Below, in pieces: positions 43,608 through 53,473 of a stretch of 64,000 nt of DNA. This DNA is from an uncultured Propionibacteriaceae bacterium (GTDB lineage Bacteria > Actinomycetota > Actinomycetes > Propionibacteriales > Propionibacteriaceae), in assembly GCA_964585085.1 (NCBI GenBank), contig CAZPCM010000001.1, forward strand, positions 29,500-93,499, read 5' to 3'. The translations under genes and the position numbers were made by a program. Each line of letters opens with the position of its first letter. The stretch's first letter is position 1. The notes below the pieces were generated by a model, which ran no database searches, had not been told where the DNA came from, and was given only the letters and a program-made list of their open reading frames with translations.

Positions 43608-44798
43608 ATGAGCCTCGCTCCAACTCCCTCCGACAAGTTCACCTTCGGCCTGTGGACGGTCGGCTACAACGGCACCGACCCCTTCGGCGGGCCGACCCGC
43701 AAGCCGCTCGACGTCGTGCACGTGGTGGAGAAACTGGCGTCCTACGGTGCCTACGGCCTCACCCTGCACGACGACGACCTGTTCGCATTCGGTTCCACCG
43801 ACGCCGGGCGGCGCACCCAGATCGACCGGCTCAAGGCCGCCTGCGCCACCACGGGGCTCGAGGTGCCGATGGTCACCACCAACCTGTTCAGCGCACCGGT
43901 CTTCAAGGACGGCGGCTTCACCTCCAACGACCGGGCGGTGCGCCGGTTCGCCCTGCGCAAGGTGCTGCGCAACCTCGACTTGGCCGCCGAACTTGGTGCG
44001 TCCACCTTCGTGATGTGGGGCGGCCGCGAGGGCGCGGAGTACGACGCGGCCAAGGACGTCCGCGCCGCGCTCGAGCGCTACCGGGAGGCGGTCAACCTGC
44101 TCGTCCAGTACGTGCTCGACAAGGGGTACGGACTCAAGTTCGCGATCGAGCCGAAGCCGAACGAGCCCCGGGGCGACATCCTGCTGCCGACGGTCGGCCA
44201 CGCGCTGGCGTTCATCGAGTCCCTGGAGCGCCCGGAGATGGTGGGCCTCAACCCCGAGGTCGGGCACGAGCAGATGGCCGGGCTGAACTTCGCAGCGGCG
44301 ATCGCGCAGGCGCTCTACGCGGGCAAGCTGTTCCACATCGACCTCAACGGCCAGCGCGGCATCAAGTACGACCAGGACCTGGTCTTCGGCCACGGCGACC
44401 TGCACAACGCGTTCGCCCTGGTCGACCTGCTGGAGAACGGCGGCCCCGCCGGCGGGCAGGCCTACACCGGCATGCGGCACTTCGACTACAAGCCCTCCCG
44501 CACCGAGGACGAGACCGGGGTCTGGGACTCCGTGCAGGCGAACATGCGCACGTACCTGCTGCTCAAGGAGCGGGCCAGGGCGTTCCGCGCCGACGCCGAG
44601 GTGCAGCAGGCACTCGCCGAGGCCAAGGTGGCGGAACTGGCGGTGCCGACCCTGGGTGAGGGCGAGGACTACGCCGAGCTGCTGGCCGACCGCTCCGCGT
44701 TCGAAGACTTCGACGCCGATGCCTACCTCGGCGGCAAGGGCTTCGGGTTCGTCCGGCTGCAGCAGCTGGCCACCGAGCACCTGCTCGGCGCGCGCTGA
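43608..44798 (+). CDS. xylA: Xylose isomerase (class I, actinobacterial type)
   Basis: [47 protein letters not shown] and HFDYKP motifs. Confidence 0.97.
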   Translation: MSLAPTPSDKFTFGLWTVGYNGTDPFGGPTRKPLDVVHVVEKLASYGAYGLTLHDDDLFAFGSTDAGRRTQIDRLKAACATTGLEVPMVTTNLFSAPVFKDGGFTSNDRAVRRFALRKVLRNLDLAAELGASTFVMWGGREGAEYDAAKDVRAALERYREAVNLLVQYVLDKGYGLKFAIEPKPNEPRGDILLPTVGHALAFIESLERPEMVGLNPEVGHEQMAGLNFAAAIAQALYAGKLFHIDLNGQRGIKYDQDLVFGHGDLHNAFALVDLLENGGPAGGQAYTGMRHFDYKPSRTEDETGVWDSVQANMRTYLLLKERARAFRADAEVQQALAEAKVAELAVPTLGEGEDYAELLADRSAFEDFDADAYLGGKGFGFVRLQQLATEHLLGAR

Positions 44799-44830
44799 TC
44801 TCGATCCTGCAACGACAAGGGGTTTCAGCC

Positions 44831-46231
44831 ATGACCCAGGTGATCGGGGTCGACTCCTCGACCCAGAGTTGCAAGGTCGTCGTCCGCGACATCGACACCG
44901 GCGACCTGCTCAGAACCGGACGGGCCTCCCACCCGGCAGGTACCGAGGTCGACCCCGAGTACTGGTGGGCGGCCCTGCAGACCGCCCTGGCCGAGGCCGG
45001 GGGTCTTGATCCGGTGGCGGCGGTCAGCATCGCCGGCCAGCAGCACGGGATGGTCGCCCTCGACGCGGCCGGCCGGGTGATCCGTCCCGCGTTGCTGTGG
45101 AACGACACCCGCTCGGCCCGGGCGGCAGCCGAGTTGGTGGCCGAGGCGGGGGCGGACGTCTACGCGTCCCGCACCGGCCTGGTCCCGGTCGCCTCCTTCA
45201 CCGCCACCAAGCTCCGTTGGCTGCGCGACGCCGAACCTGACAACGCCGCCCGGGTGGCCGCGGTGTGCCTGCCGCACGACTGGCTCACCTGGCGCCTCCG
45301 AGGCTTCGGACCGACCGGCGCATCCGTGCTCGGCCCAGAGCTGTCCGAGCTGGTCACCGACCGTTCGGACGCCTCCGGCACCGCGTACTGGTCACCGGCC
45401 ACCGGCGACTACGACCGCGACCTGTTGGCCCTGGCGCTGGGTCACGATGCGATCGTGCCGCGCGTGCTGGGGCCGTCCGACCCGGTACCGGGCCCCGGCT
45501 TCGAAGTCGGTCCGGGTGCGGGAGACAACGCCGCCGCCGCGCTGGGCCTGGACGCCCGGCCCGGCGACGTCGTGGTCTCGCTCGGCACGTCGGGCACCGT
45601 GTTCGCAGCCACGACCTCGCCCGTTGCCGACCCGACCGGCACTGTGGCCGGGTTCGCCGACGCCACCGGCGGCTTCCTGCCCCTGGTGTGCACCCTCAAT
45701 GCCGCACGGGTCCTGGACGCGATCGGCGGCCTGCTCGGCGTGGATCACACCGAACTCGCCCGGCTCGCCCTCCAGGCCGAAGCCGGTGCGGGCGGGGCCG
45801 TCCTGGTGCCCTACTTCGAGGGCGAACGCACCCCCAACCTGCCGGACGCGACCGCCACCCTCGCCGGACTGACGCTTTCCAACACCACCCGACCCAACCT
45901 GGCCCGGGCCGCCGTCGAGGGGATGCTCTGCGGACTCGCCGCCGGCCTCGACGCGCTCCGTGACGTCGGCGTCGCCACCCGCCGCATCCTGTTGATCGGC
46001 GGCGCCGCCGCCAACCCCGCCGTCGCCAGGATCGCCGGCGAGGTCTTCGACCTGCCCGTGCACCTGCCCAGCCCCGGCGAGTATGTCGCCGACGGCGCAG
46101 CCCGCCAGGCCGCCTGGGCGCTCACCGGGCAGCGTCCGGCCTGGCAGGTGCACGAGGAGGCCGCCCCGCGGCCCGGACACCGGCCGCTCATCGCCGGTCA
46201 ATACCACCACTTCGCCGACCGCTACCGCTGA
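44831..46231 (+). CDS. xylB: Xylulokinase
   Basis: [39 protein letters not shown] and GERTP FGGY motifs. Confidence 0.95.
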   Translation: MTQVIGVDSSTQSCKVVVRDIDTGDLLRTGRASHPAGTEVDPEYWWAALQTALAEAGGLDPVAAVSIAGQQHGMVALDAAGRVIRPALLWNDTRSARAAAELVAEAGADVYASRTGLVPVASFTATKLRWLRDAEPDNAARVAAVCLPHDWLTWRLRGFGPTGASVLGPELSELVTDRSDASGTAYWSPATGDYDRDLLALALGHDAIVPRVLGPSDPVPGPGFEVGPGAGDNAAAALGLDARPGDVVVSLGTSGTVFAATTSPVADPTGTVAGFADATGGFLPLVCTLNAARVLDAIGGLLGVDHTELARLALQAEAGAGGAVLVPYFEGERTPNLPDATATLAGLTLSNTTRPNLARAAVEGMLCGLAAGLDALRDVGVATRRILLIGGAAANPAVARIAGEVFDLPVHLPSPGEYVADGAARQAAWALTGQRPAWQVHEEAAPRPGHRPLIAGQYHHFADRYR

Positions 46232-46235
46232 CACG

Positions 46236-46274
46236 GCGTGCGGGCCGGCCCTCCCGGAAGGCCGGCCCGCACGC
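46236..46274. terminator. Bidirectional hairpin between convergent xylB and the dehydrogenase gene
   Basis: Perfect 15-bp inverted repeat GCGTGCGGGCCGGCC / GGCCGGCCCGCACGC with a 9-nt loop. Confidence 0.8.
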
Positions 46275-46285
46275 GTCGGTTTCGG

Positions 46286-47308
46286 TCAGAACGTCAGCAG
46301 CGCTTTGATGGCGCGGCGTTCGTCCATGGCGGCGAAGGCGTCGGCCGCCCGGTCGAAGGGGAGTTCGAGGTCGAACACCTTGCCGGGATCGATCCGGCGG
46401 GTCATGATCCGCTCGATCAGGTCGGGCAGGTAGTCCCGGACGGGGGCCGGGCCGCCGTGCAGGTGGACGTGGGAGAAGAACAGCTCAAGCCCGGGCAGGA
46501 GGACGTCATGGGAGACGCCGACGTAGCCGACGTGGCCGCCGCGCCTGGTCGCGCGGATGGCCTGCATCATCGATTCCTGGGTGCCGACAGCTTCGAGGGC
46601 GCTGTGGACACCGAGCCCGCCCGTCATCTCCTTGATCTTCGCGACGCCCTCGTCCCCGCGTTCGGTGACGATGTCGGTGGCGCCGAACTCGATCGCCAAC
46701 TTCTGGCGGGCTTCGTGACGGCTCATCGCGATGATCCGCTCCGCCCCCAGTTCCTTGGCGGCGAGGACGGCGAGCAGCCCGACCGCGCCGTCCCCGACCA
46801 CGGCGACGGTCTTGCCGGGCCCGACCTCGGCGGCCTTCGCGGCGAACCAGCCGGTGCCGAGCACGTCCGAGGCCGCGAGTAGGGACGGGATCAGGTCCGC
46901 CTCGGGCATGCCCGGGGTGGCGACCAGGGTGCCGTCGGCGAGCGGGACGCGCAGGTACTCGGCCTGGCAGTTCTCCGCGCCCATGCCGCGCCGGTCCACG
47001 CAACCGCTCTGGTAGCCGGACCGGCAGATCTCGCAGGTGTTGTCGGAGGCGAAGAACGAGCCGACCACGAAGTCGCCGGGCTTCACGTTCCGTACGCTCG
47101 GCCCGACCTCCTGCACGACACCGCAGTACTCGTGCCCCACCGTGATGGGCTCGGTGATCGGGTCGATTCCGCGGTAGGCCCACAGGTCGGAGCCGCACAC
47201 GCAGGCGGCGGCGAGCTTGATGATCGCGTCACCGTCCTCGACGATCACCGGCATCGGGACCTCGTCGACGCGCACGTCGCGCGTCCCGTACAGCTTCACT
47301 GCTCGCAT
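46286..47308 (-). CDS. Zinc-dependent alcohol dehydrogenase (MDR family)
   Basis: CVCGSDLW, GHEYCG, CEICRSG...C and VGDGAVGL motifs. Confidence 0.93.
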   Translation of the reverse strand: MRAVKLYGTRDVRVDEVPMPVIVEDGDAIIKLAAACVCGSDLWAYRGIDPITEPITVGHEYCGVVQEVGPSVRNVKPGDFVVGSFFASDNTCEICRSGYQSGCVDRRGMGAENCQAEYLRVPLADGTLVATPGMPEADLIPSLLAASDVLGTGWFAAKAAEVGPGKTVAVVGDGAVGLLAVLAAKELGAERIIAMSRHEARQKLAIEFGATDIVTERGDEGVAKIKEMTGGLGVHSALEAVGTQESMMQAIRATRRGGHVGYVGVSHDVLLPGLELFFSHVHLHGGPAPVRDYLPDLIERIMTRRIDPGKVFDLELPFDRAADAFAAMDERRAIKALLTF

Positions 47309-47550
47309 GGTGGTTCCTCTCGGTCTCTGGGTCTCAGGCTGTCATCCACTCAACCGTGTTTCGCGCCGGTGTGGGAGTCCCTCTGGATGGGTGTACTGAG
47401 AGTGCACCCCACGGCGGCTGTTTCGGCCCGCGTGGTGGTAGCCACGGACGACCGTCGCTCGTCCAGGCGTCTGCAGGCCGGTGCACCTCTGTGCGGTTCC
47501 GGCATCGTCCACGGTGGCGACTCGTCGATGGCCTCGACCATGATGGTGCC

Positions 47551-48507
47551 GTGACCTGGACGAACGGACGCCAGCTGGGTGCCGACCCGCGCGTCGTGTG
47601 CGTCGTCGCCGCAGCGGGTGTTCTGGTCGTCGGCTGGGCGGGTCTGACCGGTGGGGGCGCGATCGTGCACGGCCACCCGCTCTACGCCGTCCTGCTCGTC
47701 GCGACCCTCCTCGGCGCCGGGTTCGGCTGCTGGCGGTCGGGTCGCCCCCGGACCCCCCGGACTCGAGGGCGTCGCATCGTCAGGATCGCCCTGCTCCTCG
47801 CAGGGCTGGCCTGGATCGCGCTGATGGCGTGGCTGCGCCCGTTCTCCGCAGTGGAGCCCGCCGTGGCCGCGATGAGCACCGACGCCAGAATCACCGTCAC
47901 CGACTACCCGACCCGGATCGTCATGTCCCCGACCGGATCCGCCAGCCACACCGGCGTCTTCTTCCAGCCCGGCGCGAGGGTCGACGCGCGCGCCTATGCG
48001 GCCATCCTTCGCCCGCTCGCCGACGCGGGGCACGTCGTCGTCATCGCGAAACAACCCCTGGGCATCGCGTTCCTGTCCATGTCCGACTTCGACGCGACCA
48101 GATCGGACTTCCCGTTCCTGACTCGCTGGGTCGTGGGCGGCCACTCCCTGGGCGGAACCGTCGCCGCGATGCAAGCAGACTCCGGGGACGGCGACCCCGC
48201 CGCACCGGTCGTCGGCCTGCTCCTGTTCGCCTCCTACCCGGCCAACGACATCAGCACCTCGCTCCACGCGAGCGTCCTGTCCATCTCCGGCAGCCATGAC
48301 GGACTCGCCACGCCCGACAAGATCGAGGCCTCCAAGGCCACACTGCCCGCCCACTCGGCGTTCATCACGATCCAGGGGGCCGTGCACTCTTCCTTCGGCG
48401 ACTACGGACCGCAACCCGGGGACGGAATCCCCACGACCAGCCGCGACGACGCCCGGGCGCAGATCTCCCGTGCCGCCGTCGACTTCGTCACCACCCTGAG
48501 CACCTGA
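47551..48507 (+). CDS. Membrane-anchored alpha/beta hydrolase (Abhydrolase_5-like); start approximate
   Basis: N-terminal transmembrane segments; FQPGARVD, VGGHSLGG nucleophile elbow, GSHDG and GAVHSSFGDYG motifs. Confidence 0.8.
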   Translation: MTWTNGRQLGADPRVVCVVAAAGVLVVGWAGLTGGGAIVHGHPLYAVLLVATLLGAGFGCWRSGRPRTPRTRGRRIVRIALLLAGLAWIALMAWLRPFSAVEPAVAAMSTDARITVTDYPTRIVMSPTGSASHTGVFFQPGARVDARAYAAILRPLADAGHVVVIAKQPLGIAFLSMSDFDATRSDFPFLTRWVVGGHSLGGTVAAMQADSGDGDPAAPVVGLLLFASYPANDISTSLHASVLSISGSHDGLATPDKIEASKATLPAHSAFITIQGAVHSSFGDYGPQPGDGIPTTSRDDARAQISRAAVDFVTTLST

Positions 48508-48751
48508 GCCCCCCAGCGCATGCGCCACCAGCCCGAAGCCGGGACAAGACGCCGACGCGAGGGGACGAAGGCCGCGGGCGTGTCGGGGATGTGGGTGGTG
48601 TCAAGGCCATCGCTGGCCGGGTGGCGGCATTTCAGTCGCGGAGGACACCGCCTTCGCCGAGCACCCCCGGGGCGGGACCCCCCACGGTTACAGTGGTTTC
48701 ACGGCGTCCATTGCCCACCGCGCCGCAGGCGATACAGACAACGAGGTCGCC

Positions 48752-51700
48752 ATGTCGCAGTCACCCGGTCCTCGGGGCGGCGGCCGCGGGTGGCTCATCC
48801 GCGGCTCCCTCGCCTTCCTGCTGCTGCCCCTGCTGGCGGTCCTGAGCGCTGCGGCCGTCGCGGCCCGTCCGGCGGCACCCCCGCCCGCGGGGCCGGGGGT
48901 GCCGGTTCTACCCCGGGAGGTGCCTCAGGCCCCCGACTGCCAGGCAGGTGGCCTGCCGGCCGGCTTCGAGGGTTGGGAGGACACCAGCGTCAAGGAGCGG
49001 CGGCTGACCCACGATGTAGCCACGGACGTGATCAAGGCAGCGACCGGTGAATTCATCTCCTGGCGCTGCGCCTACTCGACCAAACCGGTGGGTTCGGGGT
49101 GGGGGGTGAGCGCCACGGTCCTGGCGTGGGTCGAGTACGACTGCCAACCGGACACCTTCCTGCAGACGCAGTACGTGTGGCAGAAGCGCGACAACGACAT
49201 CTTCGGCCTCCCAGACATCCCGGTGACCGGACGGACGGCCACGTCGGTGTCCGGACGGTCCTCGGCCTACCAGGACGGCGGACGCCACCTCATCTACGAT
49301 GCGACAAGGGTGGTTGTCGCGCCGCTCGGCCGGCTGTGGGTGTTCGTCCGCACTGAGAGCGTCAACCCGCCCGCGCCCAGCCCGATGGAGGCGGCGGAGT
49401 TCGTGGACATGGGTACCACGATGGTCCGGCAGTACATGCCGGTCGACACCCTGGGCAAGCGCTGCGGGCTCACCCCGACGGCGTCGGTCAGCTCGACGCC
49501 CGGCACCACGCTGGGGGTGACGCTCGCCTGCCAGAGCAACTTCAGCGACCCCGGGCTGGTCGTCTGCACCGCCACCCCCGTCAACGCCCCGGCCGGCGCG
49601 ACGATCACGTATCAGTGGAGCCTGGACGGACGGCTCCAGGCCGGTACAGGAAGCGAATTGCGGCTCACCGACGTGTCCGCCGGCCGCCACACCGTCACGG
49701 TGCGGGCCACCGACACCGGCAGCGGACAGGCGTCCGAGCCGGAGAGCGTCACCGTCGACACCGGTGGCGCGGGCAGGCCGGGCGAGCAGAGCTCCCCTCT
49801 CGACTCCCTCATCCCGGTCCTGCTCGGCGCTGCCGGGGCGGGACTTGCCGCGGTGGCGGTCGTCGTGATCATCCGCAACACCCGCGGGAAGCCGTCCAAG
49901 CCGACGGGCCCGTCCTCGGGTGGCCCCTCCTCGGGCGGGACGCCGTCAGGTGGGCCGTCCTCAGGTGGCCGGCCCGCAAGTGGCCCCTCCGCAGGGGGGA
50001 CGCCCTCAGGCGGGTCGACAACAAGGCCGCAGACCGGGGGCGGCCCTGCAGGCGGCCCTGCGGGCGGATGGCCCTCCGCGGCACCGCCGTCCCGCCCAAC
50101 CGGGCTTCCTGAGTCCCGGCCGGCCGGCGGGGCACCGTCGGACGGCGGCGCGCCGGGTCTGCCGCCGCGGCCATCCACCCTGCCCGAGGCCGGCCCGCCC
50201 TCCTGGCCGGGCTTGCCGTCGGGTGGCGGGGGTGTCGGCCCGACCGCCGGCGCCCCAGTTGGTGGCGGTGCTTCCGGCGTCGTCCCGACTGCCGGCGGCG
50301 CAGGTGGCGGCGTCCTCGCCACCGCGACCGCGTCCGTCCTGCCGCTGGGCGCGCCCTTGCTGACCTCCCCGCCCTCGCCGCTGGCCTCCTCCCAGCAGCG
50401 CGCCGAGTACTGGTTCGAGGCCGACCCGGCCGCGATCACCGTCCGCGGCGACGCCAGGGACATGGCCAACCTCAGCATCCGGGTCTGGAAGCGCGTCGGC
50501 ACGCTGGTCACCGACGCCGCCGGGGAGGTGCAGGTCTCCGTCCGCCCCTCCGTGCGGCAGAAGATCAAGCTGGAGAAGGCGGCCGGCGGGCTGCAGGTGG
50601 AGGTCCGCGGCCTTCACCTGGGCACCGCCCCCTACGACGGCGCGATCGAGATCTCAGGGCTCAGCCGGTCGGGACTGCTGCCCGTCCCGCCGCTCCGGGT
50701 GCCCGTCCGGATCACCCCGGTTCCGGCGCAGGTCCGGATCGTCGCGCTCAAGGACGGCTTCCACTTCCAGAGCTACGACGAGGCGCTGGCCCGCAGTTGC
50801 TTGAAGCTGACCGGATATGCCACCGCCTCCCGCGGCCCGCTGGGTGAGGAGCAGGTGACGATCGCCCACGCGCGCTGCGTGGCCGAGGTGAACGTGGACG
50901 GCCGGGGCTGGGCGGTGTTCGGCCGGACGACGACGGACGAGAACGGCTGGTTCTCGTTCCCGATGCACCCGACAGTGGTCGCGCTGTGGGGCGCGGACGA
51001 GGCCGCGCACGCGCTGGTCCGGCCCGTCCAGCTGGACCTGAGCGAGGACTCCCGGACGGCGCTGAAGACCTTCCAGACCTATACGGCGTCGATTCCCGAC
51101 ACCACCGGTTTCGCGACCGCACGCGAGCAGTACGGCCGCTATCCCGGGGTGTTCTTCCGCCAGCTGTGCAAGAACGAGGAGTCCGACGCCAGACGTATCC
51201 TCGGCGCGATCCACCTGCTGTGCCAGTCGATCACCTTCGTGAGCATCTACCGCCACAGCTTCCAGGCGCAGCGTTCGTGTGTCCGGACGGCGATCAGTGA
51301 GACGTTCGGGTCGCTGACGACGGTCGTCATCGAGTTCACCGGCGTTGTCGGACTCGCCTGGGACTTCGCGCATGCCATGACCCACCCGAACGTCCTGAGC
51401 CTGGCGGCCCGCGAGGCGAACCTCGGGACGCTGCGCCGGACGCTGTTGACGTTCGCCGGCGAGTGCGCGACGCGCTGGAGTCGCTGGGTCAGCCAGACCA
51501 ACGCGCTGCGCCAGAAGCTCGCCAAGAACCTCAAGTCGATCTGGCCCTACGCCAAACCGTCCGCGCTGCCCGAGTTCGTCTCCAGCACCTACGAGGCGGA
51601 GGTTTCGGGGTACCTTCGCGGCCGGACCGGCCCGGTGGCGTCAGGGGACGCCACGGCGCAGTGGCTGGACGACCTGATCGTCAAGCTCGTGGTCGGACTG

Positions 51701-52528
51701 GTGGTGACCTTGGTCGCGGTCGCCATGCTGCCGGTGTACCTCATCACCGTGCTGATGCTGGCGGTGTTCGTGCTGCTGTACGCCGGCGCGAGCGCGATCC
51801 GCGCTGTCGGCAGCATGTTCGCCTGGGGCGGGGTCGCCGGCGGACGCGAGGCGCTGATCGACGCGATCGAAAAGGGCCTGGCGGGCGTGGTGGGCTCCCT
51901 CTACGACCGCATCTGGGGCTGGAACGACGCGGTGCGCACCCAACTGATGTCGTTGCCGCCCGGAGGCGGGGCCACCACCCCGGATCTGGCTTCGTGGGTC
52001 CTGGAAGCCTTCCCCACGGTCGACGACTTCGACCAGGTGATGGGCCGGGCCCTCGAAGAGGCGATGTACCTCTCCGAGCACCTGCTGGTGCCCGACGACG
52101 CGGCGGCCGCGGCCGAGCGGGTCCGAGCAGCCGAGGTGGCCGACCGCGAAGCCGCGAAGCAGTGGGCGGAGAAGGTCGAGACGATGGAGATCGCCATGGC
52201 GGCCCTGCAGGTGGCCTACACCGCCTTCAGCGGGATGGGCTACCTGGCGGGACTGGTGCTCTCCCGGGGGGCGATCCTGGGCCTGGGCGGCCTTCCGGCG
52301 CTCACGCAGCGGTTCGCTGGAGGCGCGAAGGCGCTCAGCACACGGGCCGAGGCGGCCGTCCTGCGGCTCTCGGCGCTCTGCGACAAGGTCGGCTCCGCGG
52401 TCGACTTCGGACAGAAGGCCTGGATCCTGTGGCAGACCATCACCGATCTGGAGCTCTACCGGCACGTCCCGCAGCGGCGGATCGGCCATCTCTACCGTCG
52501 TGAGGGGGGGCAGAGCGATGGACGGTGA
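48752..52528 (+). CDS. Large uncharacterised membrane protein: signal peptide, Cys-containing ectodomain, PKD/Ig-like domain, transmembrane helix, Gly/Pro/Ser linker, large C-terminal region with hydrophobic segments
   Basis: 1,258-aa ORF after GAGG; ITYQWSLDG...GRHTVTVRATD Ig/PKD-like motif; LIPVLLGAAGAGLAAVAVVVII followed by RNTRGK. Confidence 0.8.
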   Translation: MSQSPGPRGGGRGWLIRGSLAFLLLPLLAVLSAAAVAARPAAPPPAGPGVPVLPREVPQAPDCQAGGLPAGFEGWEDTSVKERRLTHDVATDVIKAATGEFISWRCAYSTKPVGSGWGVSATVLAWVEYDCQPDTFLQTQYVWQKRDNDIFGLPDIPVTGRTATSVSGRSSAYQDGGRHLIYDATRVVVAPLGRLWVFVRTESVNPPAPSPMEAAEFVDMGTTMVRQYMPVDTLGKRCGLTPTASVSSTPGTTLGVTLACQSNFSDPGLVVCTATPVNAPAGATITYQWSLDGRLQAGTGSELRLTDVSAGRHTVTVRATDTGSGQASEPESVTVDTGGAGRPGEQSSPLDSLIPVLLGAAGAGLAAVAVVVIIRNTRGKPSKPTGPSSGGPSSGGTPSGGPSSGGRPASGPSAGGTPSGGSTTRPQTGGGPAGGPAGGWPSAAPPSRPTGLPESRPAGGAPSDGGAPGLPPRPSTLPEAGPPSWPGLPSGGGGVGPTAGAPVGGGASGVVPTAGGAGGGVLATATASVLPLGAPLLTSPPSPLASSQQRAEYWFEADPAAITVRGDARDMANLSIRVWKRVGTLVTDAAGEVQVSVRPSVRQKIKLEKAAGGLQVEVRGLHLGTAPYDGAIEISGLSRSGLLPVPPLRVPVRITPVPAQVRIVALKDGFHFQSYDEALARSCLKLTGYATASRGPLGEEQVTIAHARCVAEVNVDGRGWAVFGRTTTDENGWFSFPMHPTVVALWGADEAAHALVRPVQLDLSEDSRTALKTFQTYTASIPDTTGFATAREQYGRYPGVFFRQLCKNEESDARRILGAIHLLCQSITFVSIYRHSFQAQRSCVRTAISETFGSLTTVVIEFTGVVGLAWDFAHAMTHPNVLSLAAREANLGTLRRTLLTFAGECATRWSRWVSQTNALRQKLAKNLKSIWPYAKPSALPEFVSSTYEAEVSGYLRGRTGPVASGDATAQWLDDLIVKLVVGLVVTLVAVAMLPVYLITVLMLAVFVLLYAGASAIRAVGSMFAWGGVAGGREALIDAIEKGLAGVVGSLYDRIWGWNDAVRTQLMSLPPGGGATTPDLASWVLEAFPTVDDFDQVMGRALEEAMYLSEHLLVPDDAAAAAERVRAAEVADREAAKQWAEKVETMEIAMAALQVAYTAFSGMGYLAGLVLSRGAILGLGGLPALTQRFAGGAKALSTRAEAAVLRLSALCDKVGSAVDFGQKAWILWQTITDLELYRHVPQRRIGHLYRREGGQSDGR

Positions 52529-53456
52529 CTGGCCGACGCTGGATGTCACCGCGGTGGGGCCGGTGCTCGACGAGTTCGTGACCCTGCTGGCGCCCGGGCC
52601 TGACCAAGCGCCCAGCACAACAGTCCTGCTGGCCCAGGTGGGCGCGGTGCTGGCCGGCCTGAGCGAGTGCCCCGCCCTGCCACCGGAGCAGTCGCCGGCG
52701 GCCGGCCAACCCTGGCGCGGCCTGCGGATCACGGACGGGGAATGCCTCGCGGTCTGGGCCTGGCGTGTCGGACAACCACCGGAGGTGTCGCTGGGGGTCA
52801 CCTCGTCGTCCGACCGCGGCGCGGACCTGACCGTCGAGATCGGCGAACAGACCTGGATCTTCCAGCAGCCTCCGCACGCCGAACCCCGGCAGCTGTTCGG
52901 TCCCGAGCGGGTGGCCGGGATCCTCACCGACTCGGCCACCGACGTCCTCGCCCAGCAGGCGCAGGACAGCCTGAACGTCCACACGCGCGAGGTCTACCAG
53001 CAGTGGCTGGAGAAGCAGGGACTCCCGGCGTCCTGGGTGTGCCCAGCCTGCGGCATGGTCAACGACCAGCGCGGGGAGGTCTGCAGCATCTGCCGGGAAC
53101 CGACGCCGACGGACGCGCCGCCGTTCTTCCCCGGCATGATCGTCGAGCTCCCGGAGCTCCTCCGCAGCCCGCCGGCGATCCCGGACGTCCCCTCGGCGAT
53201 CCACGACCTCTTCCAGCCCTCGGCGGAGGAGGCCCAGTCGCCCGACTACCTCCAGCAATGGCTCGACGAAGTCTCCTCGAAGACCTGGGACGAGGTCGTC
53301 GAGTTCACCGCCCACACCGTCGAACACGCGGTGGCCACGACCCCCTGCGTCGCGTGCGGCCGGGGCATCCCGCACGGTGCGGACCCCTGCCCGGTCTGCG
53401 GCGCCTCGCAACATGCTCCCGGGGCGCCCCCGCGTCCGTCCGTCCTGCCCCGATGA
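52518..53456 (+). CDS. Uncharacterised protein with a RanBP2-type zinc finger and a C-terminal zinc ribbon
   Basis: ATG 52518 overlaps the upstream gene end; WVCPACGMVNDQRGEVCSICR and CVACGRGIPHGADPCPVCG. Confidence 0.8.
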   Translation: MDGDWPTLDVTAVGPVLDEFVTLLAPGPDQAPSTTVLLAQVGAVLAGLSECPALPPEQSPAAGQPWRGLRITDGECLAVWAWRVGQPPEVSLGVTSSSDRGADLTVEIGEQTWIFQQPPHAEPRQLFGPERVAGILTDSATDVLAQQAQDSLNVHTREVYQQWLEKQGLPASWVCPACGMVNDQRGEVCSICREPTPTDAPPFFPGMIVELPELLRSPPAIPDVPSAIHDLFQPSAEEAQSPDYLQQWLDEVSSKTWDEVVEFTAHTVEHAVATTPCVACGRGIPHGADPCPVCGASQHAPGAPPRPSVLPR

Positions 53457-53473
53457 TCGGCTGAGGAGCGCTC

